In this document: piece after piece, positions 28,496 through 38,087 of the stretch
Layout of the letters: every line of letters starts with the position of its first letter
How positions within the stretch are numbered: position 1 is the first letter of the stretch
IMG/VR virus record: IMGVR_UViG_3300042484_001245
Location: 28,931 to 92,930 of that record
Source: a virus
Length of the DNA stretch: 64,000 nt
Direction: 5' to 3' (one strand)
Position numbers and translations under genes: made by a program
Notes under the pieces: model-generated
What the model was told of the DNA's origin: nothing
The model's database searches: none
Seen by the model: only the letters and a program-made list of their open reading frames with translations

Positions 28496-30697
28496 ATGTC
28501 AAAACGCATATCATCAAAAGAAACACTTGCTAAGTTGATGGCAACGGAAAACATTTTCGTTGAACACGCTAACGTACCAACGGCTGGTTTCGATCTTATC
28601 AATCGACGGTTGCTTCTCCCTAACTGGAAAAACATCTCCGATGATGTGTACACACTTCTGATTTCGCATGAAGTTGGTCACGCTCTTTACACTCCGACTA
28701 AAGAGTGGGAAGATGCTATTCTCAAGTCTAAAGACATGAATCTCAAACAAGTTGTAAACATCGTTGAAGATGTTCGCATTGAGAAGATGATTCAACAAAA
28801 GTTTCCTGGTACTACTCGTGCCTTTCGTTCTGGATACGATGAGTTAGAAAAGTCCAATCTCTTCGGTACAAAAGATCGTGAGATTACTTCATACGGATTG
28901 CTCGACCGTCTTAACCTTCATTTCAAGATCGGACACTTTGGTTATGCTAACGTTCCGTTCTCTGATAAAGAACGACCTTGGCTTGATCGTGTGTCAGGCT
29001 GTAAATCATTCGCCGATGTTCTCAAAGTAGCAACCGAGTTAATGGAATTCGTTGAGCAGAATCCTGAATCGCAAGGTGATCCTCAAAAGAATCAAGATGG
29101 TGAGGGTGACTCATCTGAGAATGTCCAGATGAGTGAAGACGGCAAGCCTGGTGATAATCAGATTAGTGGTCAACAGTCACGATCACGTTCAATGCGTGGC
29201 AGCCGTTCAGAAGATGGTGAACAAGAGTCACAGGCAGCATCTGGACAATTAGGTGATGACTCATCAAACGAGAAGAGTCAAGATAGTGATGCCGATGGTG
29301 CCAGCTCCGACTCTCAAGAGGGTAATATCTCTGAGACTCAAAAACATTTTGATTCTGCGATTCAGGGACTTGTCGATAAGTCAATCTCTGATACAAAGTA
29401 TGCTAACTTTCCTGAGATCCAACTTGATAAGTTGATCGTTCCTTACAAGACCGTTCATGAGCAGATCACATCGTTCTACTCTAATTACTACTCCACGATG
29501 TATAATCAAGCCTCACAACAGGTTGATCAGTTTCGTAACAGTAGCAAGAATGTTGTGAACCAGTTAGCTAATATCTTTGAGATGAAAAAGAAGGCTAAAC
29601 TTGATGTCAAAGCCCTTACATCCAAGACTGGTAAACTTGACATGAATCGTGTACACTCATACCGCTACAACGATGACGTGTTCAAAAAAGTTACTACAGT
29701 GCCACAGGGCAAGAATCACGGTCTTGTGATGTTCATCGATATGTCAAGCTCGATGAGCGAGAACCTTGCTGGTACGTTTGAGCAATTGCTTAATCTCGTA
29801 TTGTTCTGTAAGAGAGTGAACATTCCGTATGACGTATACGGATTCACTGATTCGTATAGTGCTCGTCGCAATCTTCCTGCACACCCAACTAAGAATGGTT
29901 CGTTGTACTTTGATCCACACTTCTGTCTCCGTCAATACTTCAGTAGCAGAATGACTGGACCTGAGTTTAATCAAGCCCTTCAGAATGTAATATGCCTTAT
30001 GCGTCACTACTCTGGACAGTTGATGAGTGGTCTTCCTTCAGAAGAGATTCTGAACACTACTCCACTTGTTCCAGCTATCATGACTGCAATACCTCTTGTT
30101 CAGAAGTTTCGTCGTGATTATGGTCTTGATGTTGTCAATACGATCTTCTTAACTGATGGTGAAGACACTCACGGACTCTTGTATCACTCTAACACTGGTG
30201 ACACAAAGTATTTTGCGTGTGACCGTTATGGATTTAACCGTGTTACTGAGAAGTATTTTGTTCGTGATGTAAAGACTCGTAAGCAATGGGAAGTTAAGAA
30301 CACGACAAACGATATGCTCAACATCCTTCGTGAGACGGCTGGTGTAAAGACTATCGGCTTTCACATCATTCGTAAGAGAGATGTACCATACGTTGTTGGA
30401 CGCTACACAAAGAACACAAAAGAAGAACAAGCACACGTTGAATGCTTCAAGACGAACAAGTTCGCCGAGATGACTAACATCCCTGGCTACGATGCGTACT
30501 ACTTGATTCCTTCTGGATCGAGTCTCAACGTTGGCGATGACGAGTTCGAGGGTAACGTTGACACTACTGTTGATTGGGACGATGAGAAACAAGCAAAGAA
30601 GGCGATGAAAGCCGTTCAGAAAAGTTTCAACAATTTCATGAAACAGAAAGTTACCAGCCGAATCCTTCTCAACCGCTTTATCGAGCATATTTCATAG
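28496..30697 (+). CDS. CobT-like protein: N-terminal HExxH domain, acidic linker, C-terminal vWA domain
   Basis: HEVGHA..NIVEDVRIE; MIDAS DMSSSM; FLTDGE. Confidence 0.85.
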   Translation: MSKRISSKETLAKLMATENIFVEHANVPTAGFDLINRRLLLPNWKNISDDVYTLLISHEVGHALYTPTKEWEDAILKSKDMNLKQVVNIVEDVRIEKMIQQKFPGTTRAFRSGYDELEKSNLFGTKDREITSYGLLDRLNLHFKIGHFGYANVPFSDKERPWLDRVSGCKSFADVLKVATELMEFVEQNPESQGDPQKNQDGEGDSSENVQMSEDGKPGDNQISGQQSRSRSMRGSRSEDGEQESQAASGQLGDDSSNEKSQDSDADGASSDSQEGNISETQKHFDSAIQGLVDKSISDTKYANFPEIQLDKLIVPYKTVHEQITSFYSNYYSTMYNQASQQVDQFRNSSKNVVNQLANIFEMKKKAKLDVKALTSKTGKLDMNRVHSYRYNDDVFKKVTTVPQGKNHGLVMFIDMSSSMSENLAGTFEQLLNLVLFCKRVNIPYDVYGFTDSYSARRNLPAHPTKNGSLYFDPHFCLRQYFSSRMTGPEFNQALQNVICLMRHYSGQLMSGLPSEEILNTTPLVPAIMTAIPLVQKFRRDYGLDVVNTIFLTDGEDTHGLLYHSNTGDTKYFACDRYGFNRVTEKYFVRDVKTRKQWEVKNTTNDMLNILRETAGVKTIGFHIIRKRDVPYVVGRYTKNTKEEQAHVECFKTNKFAEMTNIPGYDAYYLIPSGSSLNVGDDEFEGNVDTTVDWDDEKQAKKAMKAVQKSFNNFMKQKVTSRILLNRFIEHIS

Positions 30698-30736
30698 GGG
30701 GGTAAGTTATTGAAATTACTAGCGTAATAATAGCTG

Positions 30737-30765
30737 TTGACTCTGTTATCCAGCTATGATATAAT
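30737..30765 (+). promoter_or_regulatory. Sigma70-type (early) promoter
   Basis: TTGACT-17 nt-TATAAT with TG extension. Confidence 0.8.
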
Positions 30766-30799
30766 AGATCCATATCGTGAAATGTAGTATTGTTTAGGA

Positions 30800-32068
30800 A
30801 TGATTATGAATACTAAAAACAACAAACAAGAATTCTTGAATGCGTTTGTAGCTGAGTTCGGTCACTCGGCTGTAAAACGTAGCGATGTGAAGGACTTTGC
30901 TAATCAACGAGGATTCTCTAATCTTCGATGGTTTCTTTCCGACGATTCATACAAGTGTGCTCGCGGAATGTATGCTGTTCCGTCGAGTATGAGCACTACC
31001 GAGTTGACTAACACACAACCAGCTCCTTCGATGCAACCAGCATCTTCTCCACTTGAGAACCTTGGTGTTGTTCACTCTTTTATCGGTGAACTACCACGAG
31101 AGAATCATATTCCAGAAGTTGATAAGCTATTCGTGAAACATGGCGAATTCGATCTCGTGTCTCGCATCATCGGCTCAAAACTTTTCTACCCTATCTTCAT
31201 CACAGGTCTGTCAGGTAACGGCAAGACCTTCGGTGTTGAACAGGCTTGTGCCGCTCATCATCGTGAAATGTTTCGAGTCAACATCACGATTGAAACTGAC
31301 GAGGACGATCTTCTCGGAGGTTTCCGTCTCGTGAACGATAGCACAAAGTGGTTCGATGGACCTGTCGTCCGTGCTATGAAGAGCGGTGGTGTGTTGCTAC
31401 TTGATGAAGTTGACCTTGGTAGCAATAAGCTCCTTTGCTTGCAACCTGTTCTTGAGGGTAAGGGTATCTTACTGAAGAAGATCAACCAATTCGTAAAGCC
31501 AGCTCCTGGATTCACCATTGTCGCTACTGCGAACACAAAGGGTCAAGGATCTGAGACTGGAAAATTCGTGGGTACGAACATTCTCAATGAAGCATTCCTT
31601 GAGCGATTCTGTGCCACGTTTGAGCAGAAGTATCCAGAAGAGCGTGTTGAGAAGAGCATCCTTAAAAAGTTGTTCTCTTCACATGGCCTCAAGTCTGATG
31701 TGATAGAAGACTTCATCACGAAACTTGTCACATGGGCGTTTGGTACTCGTAAGACATTCGAGACTGGCGGCACTTCTGATCTCATTAGTACACGCCGACT
31801 CGTTCACATAGTTAATGCGTATGTCATTCTTGGTCATCCAGCCGACGAGACAGACCGCAAGACCATCGGCGAACGCCGTAAACAAGCAATCGAGTTGTGT
31901 ATTGCACGATTCGATGAAAGCACCAAGATCTCATTCATGAACTTTTATGAGAACATCGATCCATACTTAAACATGGACGATGGCTCAAAACCAGTTGAAT
32001 CGAATGAGGGTGAACAGTTGGAATCAAAAGAGCACGATATTCTTTCGATTCTGACTAATCAATCGTAA
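30800..32068 (+). CDS. MoxR/CobS-like AAA+ ATPase
   Basis: GLSGNGKT, ETDEDDLLGG, LLLDEVD, ATANTKG, NEAFLERF, ISTRRL. Confidence 0.9.
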   Translation: MIMNTKNNKQEFLNAFVAEFGHSAVKRSDVKDFANQRGFSNLRWFLSDDSYKCARGMYAVPSSMSTTELTNTQPAPSMQPASSPLENLGVVHSFIGELPRENHIPEVDKLFVKHGEFDLVSRIIGSKLFYPIFITGLSGNGKTFGVEQACAAHHREMFRVNITIETDEDDLLGGFRLVNDSTKWFDGPVVRAMKSGGVLLLDEVDLGSNKLLCLQPVLEGKGILLKKINQFVKPAPGFTIVATANTKGQGSETGKFVGTNILNEAFLERFCATFEQKYPEERVEKSILKKLFSSHGLKSDVIEDFITKLVTWAFGTRKTFETGGTSDLISTRRLVHIVNAYVILGHPADETDRKTIGERRKQAIELCIARFDESTKISFMNFYENIDPYLNMDDGSKPVESNEGEQLESKEHDILSILTNQS

Positions 32069-32094
32069 TTGTTCCATACAATACTACATTCCGT

Positions 32095-32129
32095 GCCCCG
32101 TTGCTAATTCTGGCAACGGGGCTTTTTTT
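32095..32129 (+). terminator. Rho-independent terminator
   Basis: gccccgttgc-N8-gcaacggggc plus ttttttt. Confidence 0.9.
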
Positions 32130-32239
32130 ATGTTTATTTTCTTGATGTGTCGTTTTTAATATGATATTGTAAATGAAAAGTGGGATAACCACTTTATTGA
32201 TAGAAGTACAATTGTACCATTTTGTTTATAAGGATAATT

Positions 32240-32500
32240 ATGTCAACTAGCACATCTCAAAACGCAAAGCTCGTTCGTCGTCTTAGCACTGGAAAGAACC
32301 TCACTGTAACCGAGGCTCGTGGTAAGTATGGTATCGCTCGTCTCGCCGCTCGCATTCATGAGCTTCGTGAGGCTGGATTCCCAATCTACACCAACAAGGT
32401 TCGTGTAAAGGGTGGATCTAATAAGGGTCGTGTTGTTACAGCATATCGCCTTGCTGTTGATGCTACTCCAAAGTCGCTCTTTTCTTCTTTCACTGCATAA
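32240..32500 (+). CDS. Small winged-HTH DNA-binding protein
   Basis: LT..EA...YGIARLAARIHELREAGFPI; own putative promoter (32142-32170) and terminator. Confidence 0.75.
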   Translation: MSTSTSQNAKLVRRLSTGKNLTVTEARGKYGIARLAARIHELREAGFPIYTNKVRVKGGSNKGRVVTAYRLAVDATPKSLFSSFTA

Positions 32501-32513
32501 TTAAATTGATACG

Positions 32514-32550
32514 AGGCAGCCTAGCTGTTATAGTTAGGCTGCCTTTCTCT
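32514..32550 (+). terminator. Hairpin terminator after HTH gene
   Basis: aggcagcctagct..agttaggctgcct followed by a pyrimidine run. Confidence 0.7.
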
Positions 32551-32583
32551 TCTCTTTCTATCAATTTTTTGGAGCAATTTGTA

Positions 32584-33252
32584 ATGAAACTTTCTACTGA
32601 CACAATCAAGATTCTCAGAAACTTCTCAGACATCAACAACACAATTTACATTCGTAAGGGAAACAACATCATCACCGTTGACCCACAAAAGAGAATCGTA
32701 GCTGATGCAAGCATTAGTGAGTCGCTTCCTCGTGACTGTGCACTGTATGACCTCAATCGTTTTCTTGGGGTAACATCTCTCTTTGATAGTCCAGATCTCG
32801 ATTTTGCTAATGACAAGATCGTTGTAAAGAGTGACAATCGTTCTATCGATTTTATCTATGCTGATCCATCTGTAGTACAAGATGCTGGTCCAACTCGTAA
32901 GAAGATTCCATCTGTGTTTGATGAGAAGTCAATCGTTCAGAAGTTTACTCTCACTGAAGACGACCTCAAGAGCCTTCGACAAGCAGCATCTCTTCTTGGT
33001 CTTACACACGTATCGTTTGTTAGTGATGATGCTGGTCTTAAAGTGATTGCTCAAGATGTATCAAACGAATCTCTTGGTAAAGTAACACTTAACGTAGCTG
33101 GCGAGTGTACTGCAAACTCTACGTGCAATATGCTTTTTGAAAACTTGAAAGTGTTGCCTGACACATACAACGTAGAAGTGTCGCCGACGGTAGCACACTT
33201 TGTTGGTACTACTACGGGCGTTCAATACTGGATTGTAATGGAAGCACGATAA
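32584..33252 (+). CDS. gp45: Sliding clamp gp45
   Basis: MKLSTDTIKILRNFSDIN, LYDLNRFLG, YADPS, ENLKVLP, YWIVME. Confidence 0.92.
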   Translation: MKLSTDTIKILRNFSDINNTIYIRKGNNIITVDPQKRIVADASISESLPRDCALYDLNRFLGVTSLFDSPDLDFANDKIVVKSDNRSIDFIYADPSVVQDAGPTRKKIPSVFDEKSIVQKFTLTEDDLKSLRQAASLLGLTHVSFVSDDAGLKVIAQDVSNESLGKVTLNVAGECTANSTCNMLFENLKVLPDTYNVEVSPTVAHFVGTTTGVQYWIVMEAR

Positions 33253-33458
33253 TGGTAGATTTACTCCAAGATCCAGAGGGGTATGCTAGACGTGCCATCG
33301 CAGCGATAGAGACACAACTCGAAACTGCGGTGAGCACAACTAGAAAAGCTCGACTGACTAGCAAACTAAATCAGTGGAAAAAAGCACTGGTGATTTTAAG
33401 TGAAGACAATGCCAACAAAGAAGAAAGTAGCCAAACAGACTCAATCACCACAAAGTGA
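33252..33458 (+). CDS. Hypothetical protein
   Basis: Translationally coupled to gp45. Confidence 0.5.
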   Translation: MVDLLQDPEGYARRAIAAIETQLETAVSTTRKARLTSKLNQWKKALVILSEDNANKEESSQTDSITTK

Positions 33459-33663
33459 TTCTACACAAGAATTTCTTGTTCTTGGACATTTAATTAAGTA
33501 CAATATGTACTTGCTTACTAAAGCAGTTGTCTTCTCGGCAGTATCTGCTAAGACTAACAACGTAGAAGAAGCAGTAAACATGACTCACAGAGTGATGACT
33601 GAACTTGACCTCGATACAAAACGTAGAACGGAACAAGATCGGCCTGAAGAAACACTACAGTAG
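33409..33663 (+). CDS. Hypothetical protein
   Basis: Fills the gap before gp44. Confidence 0.5.
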   Translation: MPTKKKVAKQTQSPQSDSTQEFLVLGHLIKYNMYLLTKAVVFSAVSAKTNNVEEAVNMTHRVMTELDLDTKRRTEQDRPEETLQ

Positions 33664-33702
33664 TTTTTCTTTCTCTGTAATTTATTATTTGATTGGTGAT
33701 TC

Positions 33703-34656
33703 ATGAGCGAAGTCTCGCAAGAGCGCAAACATATCGTGTGGATGGAAAAGTATCGACCTCAAACAGTCGATGAGTGTATTCTACCACAGGGTCTTAAAGA
33801 CACATTCAACGGTATTGTCAAGACGGGTGAGTTGCCACATATGCTGTTTTGTGGCACAGCAGGAGTTGGTAAGACTACTGTAGCAAAGGCGTTGTGTAAA
33901 GCTCTCGATTACGATTACATCCTTATTAACGCATCTGATGATCGTAACATCGACACGCTCAGAACTACTGTAAAGCAGTTTGCATCTTCTGTATCATTCA
34001 ACGGTAGACGAAAGGTAATCATTCTTGACGAGGCTGATTACTTGAACCCACAGAGCTTTCAGCCAGCTCTCCGTGGTGTGATGGAAGAGTTTTCACGCAA
34101 CTGTTCATTCATTCTAACTTGCAACTTTAAGAATAAGATTATTGAGCCACTTCAGTCACGATGTTCTGTTAAAGAGTTTAGAATCTCTAAGACTGAAAAG
34201 AAGCACATCATCGAAGCGTGTTACAAGCGTATTGTAAAGATACTTGAATCTGAGAACATAGAGTTTGATGGCAAAGCACTTGCAGCTATTGTTGTGAAGT
34301 ATTTTCCAGATATGCGACGTTTGTTGAATGAGCTTCAGACATTCAGTAAAGAACACGGCAAGATCGATGAAGGTATTCTGACGTTTGCTGGTGATGTGAA
34401 CGTATCACGATTGTACAAGTCACTCAAAGAGAAAGACTATGTACAAGTTCGTGAGTGGGTTGTTGAGAATTGTGAAAACGATCCTGCAATCATCTATCGC
34501 AGAATCTACGATCATCTCAAGCAGAACATGAAGCCGTCTTCTATTCCACTTGCGATTGTTACGATTGCAAAGTACATGAATCAACAAGTTATTGATCAAG
34601 AGATTAACCTCATGGCTTGTCTCATTGAACTTGGAATGACTTGTGAGTTTGTATGA
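33703..34656 (+). CDS. gp44: Clamp loader large subunit gp44
   Basis: WMEKYRP, GTAGVGKTT, IILDEAD, PLQSRC. Confidence 0.96.
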   Translation: MSEVSQERKHIVWMEKYRPQTVDECILPQGLKDTFNGIVKTGELPHMLFCGTAGVGKTTVAKALCKALDYDYILINASDDRNIDTLRTTVKQFASSVSFNGRRKVIILDEADYLNPQSFQPALRGVMEEFSRNCSFILTCNFKNKIIEPLQSRCSVKEFRISKTEKKHIIEACYKRIVKILESENIEFDGKALAAIVVKYFPDMRRLLNELQTFSKEHGKIDEGILTFAGDVNVSRLYKSLKEKDYVQVREWVVENCENDPAIIYRRIYDHLKQNMKPSSIPLAIVTIAKYMNQQVIDQEINLMACLIELGMTCEFV

Positions 34657-35066
34657 GCAACGATAACAAAAACTTGTTGTTTGATTTCATCAACGACCTT
34701 TCTCAAAATAAGAAAGATGTTCTTACTGAAGAGAACGAGCGTGAGTATTCTGCATACATGATCAATCGTTTCTTGTCGATGAACATTACGACAATCATGT
34801 ATGCAAATGAAATGAACATGAATGGTCATCTGCCAAAGCGAATGCAGTATGACTACTATTTGAATTCAATCAAAAAGCAGAAGCGATATTTCAAATACAT
34901 AAAGCACAAGAGACAAGACGACATTGATGTGATCAAAGAGTATCACGGATACAGTGAAGCACGAGCAAAAGAAGTTCTGCCAATATTCACTGACGAAGAT
35001 ATTCAGTACATGAAAGATAGGCTTAACAAGGGTGGTGTCAAAAATGGCAAGCAAAAAACAAAATGA
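34653..35066 (+). CDS. gp62: Clamp loader small subunit gp62
   Basis: YMINRFLS, ANEMN, QYDYYLNSI, IKEYHGYS. Confidence 0.92.
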   Translation: MSNDNKNLLFDFINDLSQNKKDVLTEENEREYSAYMINRFLSMNITTIMYANEMNMNGHLPKRMQYDYYLNSIKKQKRYFKYIKHKRQDDIDVIKEYHGYSEARAKEVLPIFTDEDIQYMKDRLNKGGVKNGKQKTK

Positions 35067-35241
35067 ACCATCTATTGATGAACTGATCAAACTTGCTGAA
35101 CAGATCTCTTTGCTGATTGAAGACAACAATCAGAACATAAAAGATTGTACACAAGTCTTAAAGAAGATTCAGAGTAAAATTTGTCCAAAGAAACCATCTG
35201 TGTTGTCACGAGCAATTCAAAAATTGCTAAATAAAAACTGA
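35044..35241 (+). CDS. Hypothetical protein
   Basis: Overlaps the gp62 end; helical character. Confidence 0.45.
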   Translation: MASKKQNEPSIDELIKLAEQISLLIEDNNQNIKDCTQVLKKIQSKICPKKPSVLSRAIQKLLNKN

Positions 35242-35272
35242 ACTGAGGTACTAACATTATTAGGTACAGTTA

Positions 35273-35728
35273 ATGACGACGGTGATTGATACATTAGTAG
35301 AAGTAACCTTGAACTCTCCTGACGATTTCTTAAAGGTCAAGGAGACTCTAACACGTATTGGCGTTGCATCCAAAAAAGACAAAACACTCTACCAGTCTTG
35401 TCATATCTTGCACAAAAGAGACAAGATTACAAAGCAAAGCCGATACTACATCGTACACTTCAAAGAGTTGTTCAAGTTAGATGGAAAACCAACACAGATA
35501 ACAGAAGATGATGTTGCTCGCCGCAACACGATTGCCAATATTTTGGCAGAATGGAAGTTGGTTAATCTTGTTGACAAATCCAAGAGTGCCGAGCCTGTAG
35601 CTTCCATATCCACAATTAAGATTGTTCCATATAAAGAAAAGATAGCTTGGAAGCTAGAAGCAAAGTATAATATTGGTAGCTCTAAAAAGAAAGATCAAGT
35701 ACCAACCCCGACAATCACAAAAGTGTAG
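35273..35728 (+). CDS. regA: Translational repressor RegA
   Basis: DDFLKVKETLTRIGVAS, LYQSCHILHK, YYIVHFKELF, RRNTIA. Confidence 0.96.
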   Translation: MTTVIDTLVEVTLNSPDDFLKVKETLTRIGVASKKDKTLYQSCHILHKRDKITKQSRYYIVHFKELFKLDGKPTQITEDDVARRNTIANILAEWKLVNLVDKSKSAEPVASISTIKIVPYKEKIAWKLEAKYNIGSSKKKDQVPTPTITKV

Positions 35729-35744
35729 TTGAAAAAAATTTATT

Positions 35745-36287
35745 ATGTTGAACATTTTTAAGTCGGGCACAGACCTTGCTGTATTCAAGTCTAATGCTGC
35801 CGCAATCATTCCTGCATACTCAACTGAAGCATCAGCGTGTTTTGATATTCATGCGTGTCTGCCTCAAGGCACACGTGTCAAAGCAAAAGTAAAAACAAAT
35901 CCACTATCTCGTGACACAGATGCAATTCTTGCATCTGGTCCTGATCTTACTGTTACGATTGCACCAGGTGCACGAGCCTTAATACCTACTGGTCTGAAGT
36001 TTCACATACCAAAAGGGCACTCACTTCGTTTGCACCCACGTTCAGGTCACGCATTCAAGAGTGGCATCATGCTCGCAAACTGTGAAGGCATCATCGATGA
36101 AGATTATGTTGATGAAGTTTTTGTTGCCGTGTACAACACATCAAACGAAGCATTTACAATTAAACATGGCGACAGAATCTGCCAAGCGGAACTCTTGAAA
36201 GACATCAAAGTAAACATTTCGGAATCAAAATCTGAACCAACCAAAAAGACTAGCCGCTCTGGTGGATTTGGCTCAACTGGAGTGTAG
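35745..36287 (+). CDS. dut: Trimeric dUTPase
   Basis: ACFDI, PRSG, GIIDEDY, GDRICQ, RSGGFGSTG. Confidence 0.95.
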   Translation: MLNIFKSGTDLAVFKSNAAAIIPAYSTEASACFDIHACLPQGTRVKAKVKTNPLSRDTDAILASGPDLTVTIAPGARALIPTGLKFHIPKGHSLRLHPRSGHAFKSGIMLANCEGIIDEDYVDEVFVAVYNTSNEAFTIKHGDRICQAELLKDIKVNISESKSEPTKKTSRSGGFGSTGV

Positions 36288-36289
36288 TC

Positions 36290-36991
36290 GTGAAGATCTT
36301 GTGTATATCTGATACACATCAGCACCATGATTCTATTACTTTGGTGCCATGCGATGTTCTAATTATTGCTGGTGATATTTGTACTTCAGGTGAAATTGTA
36401 CAAGTTGAAAAGTTTGCCAATTGGCTTCAACGTCAATCACACAATTTTAACAAAGCCATAATTATCGCAGGCAATCATGACTGGGCACTCATGCGCTTTC
36501 GTATTCTTGCATTAGAAGCTCTACGCCGTGCTATAGGCGACAAACTAATCTATCTTGAAGACTCGTCGTGTATCATTGATGGGGTGAAATTCTACGGGTC
36601 TCCATGGCAGCCAGAATTTAATTCATGGGCATTTAATGTTCCACGTGGTGAAAAGATCAGAACGATCTGGGATGCAATCGACTTGGATACAGACGTTTTG
36701 ATCACACATGGTCCACCATTTGGTATCGGCGACAGAGTGTTTGGCAACAGTGTTGGTTGTTTTGAGCTTGCAAAAAAATTGCGTGAACTTAATCGGCTCT
36801 CACTTCATGTGTATGGTCACGTTCATGCTGGCAATGGAGCGTACATCAGCGAAGAGCATCCAGGTGTTCAATTTTGCAATGCGTCACTACTTGATGAAGA
36901 CTATAAGCCAGTAAACCCATCATATATGTACACGTTTCTCAACACCGCCAACTATCGTGTCAGCACTGCCACTTCCATCAAGCTGTTTTAG
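36290..36991 (+). CDS. Calcineurin-like metallophosphoesterase
   Basis: SDTH, AGD, AGNHD, THGPP, GHVH. Confidence 0.9.
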   Translation: MKILCISDTHQHHDSITLVPCDVLIIAGDICTSGEIVQVEKFANWLQRQSHNFNKAIIIAGNHDWALMRFRILALEALRRAIGDKLIYLEDSSCIIDGVKFYGSPWQPEFNSWAFNVPRGEKIRTIWDAIDLDTDVLITHGPPFGIGDRVFGNSVGCFELAKKLRELNRLSLHVYGHVHAGNGAYISEEHPGVQFCNASLLDEDYKPVNPSYMYTFLNTANYRVSTATSIKLF

Positions 36992-36992
36992 A

Positions 36993-37245
36993 TCACATTG
37001 TTGTTAAAACAGACACCGTTGAGACTATGATTTGGTCCAACTTTGGTCCAAGTTTGGTCCAAAATTTGACGAGTTTGGAGAGTTAGACCTGTTGTTGGTC
37101 ATATTAGTGTGAAAACAGATGTTGTGAGAGCTGTCATTTGGTCCAACTTTGGTCCAAGTTTGGTCCAAAAATAAACCAAGCAATACTGTGCTTGATCATA
37201 TTAGCGTGATAACAACTATTGTTATGACTGTGATTTGGTCCAAAA
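36993..37245. repeat. Non-coding array: three units of a 19-bp box plus TTTGGTCCAA iterons (3+3+1 copies)
   Basis: TTTGGTCCAA at 37031, 37042, 37053, 37137, 37148, 37159, 37234; upstream box at 36993, 37099, 37196. Confidence 0.9.
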
Positions 37246-37290
37246 TGACCGAATGAATACCAAGCCAATTTTGTGCGCATATATAATAGT

Positions 37291-37737
37291 ATGGGTAACA
37301 AAACCAGCGAAGCCGGAAAAAATTTGATCAAAGAGTTTGAAGGTTTTCGAGCTACAGCATACATTTGTCCAGCAGGTGTTGTAACTGTCGGTTATGGCAC
37401 AACTCGTATCAAAGGTAATGCTGTTCAACTTGGAACAACAATCACCACAGACGAAGCCGATGTTCTTTTGGAAGAAGATCTCAAAAAGTTTGAAGATGCT
37501 GTGAACCAAAATGTGCGTGTTGAAATAACACAAAATCAGTTTGACGCTCTTGTTGCGTTCGTCTATAATGTAGGAGCAGGAAACTTTAAGAAGTCCACTT
37601 TGCTCAAGAAAATTAACGATGAGGACTTTACTGTAGCCGCCGATGAGTTTCTTAAATGGAACAAAGCTGGCGGCAAAGTTCTTAAAGGTCTTACGAGAAG
37701 ACGCACTGCGGAACGTGAATTATTTTTAAGAGACTAA
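37291..37737 (+). CDS. GH24 lysozyme (endolysin)
   Basis: IKEFEG..AY.CPAGV.TVGYG, QNQFDALVAFVYNVG, GLTRRRTAE. Confidence 0.93.
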   Translation: MGNKTSEAGKNLIKEFEGFRATAYICPAGVVTVGYGTTRIKGNAVQLGTTITTDEADVLLEEDLKKFEDAVNQNVRVEITQNQFDALVAFVYNVGAGNFKKSTLLKKINDEDFTVAADEFLKWNKAGGKVLKGLTRRRTAERELFLRD

Positions 37738-37738
37738 T

Positions 37739-38044
37739 ATGAGCGTATTGATTACACGATTGATTACAGGTGAAGAGATTCTTGGTAGCATCACACTTTC
37801 TAATGATGATACGTGCGTGATTGAAAATCCAGTACATATTGCAGCTAGTCAGAATCCTAGCACAGGCAAGATTGACATCCACATGGCACCTTTTGTGCCA
37901 CTGTGTGCAGATAAAGCACTTACAATTAACCTCAAGAATGTGTTGTGTCAATATGAGCCAGTGCTTGAGATCAAGAATAAGTACAGCACAATGTTTGGTA
38001 GCGGAATTATCATTCCATCAAATACTGGTCTTGCTGGCGTCTAA
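37739..38044 (+). CDS. Conserved T4-like small protein, probable Sm-like fold
   Basis: RLITGEEILG, C-terminal YSTMFGSGIIIP; typical position upstream of gp43. Confidence 0.65.
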   Translation: MSVLITRLITGEEILGSITLSNDDTCVIENPVHIAASQNPSTGKIDIHMAPFVPLCADKALTINLKNVLCQYEPVLEIKNKYSTMFGSGIIIPSNTGLAGV

Positions 38045-38087
38045 TATTAAATTGACACTCACACAGTAATCTGTCAATCTATACTAC

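Noticed and set aside
28496-32068. Cobalamin biosynthesis genes (cobS/cobT) feeding the class II RNR
   Set aside because: No cobN or other cob genes in the window; the architecture fits the generic phage MoxR-vWA pair, so the name similarity is not evidence of B12 synthesis.
37030-37245. Mini-CRISPR array
   Set aside because: Only two full 35-nt copies, internally made of 11-bp tandem units; the intervening ~60-70 nt segments share a conserved box instead of being unique spacers; no cas genes in the window.
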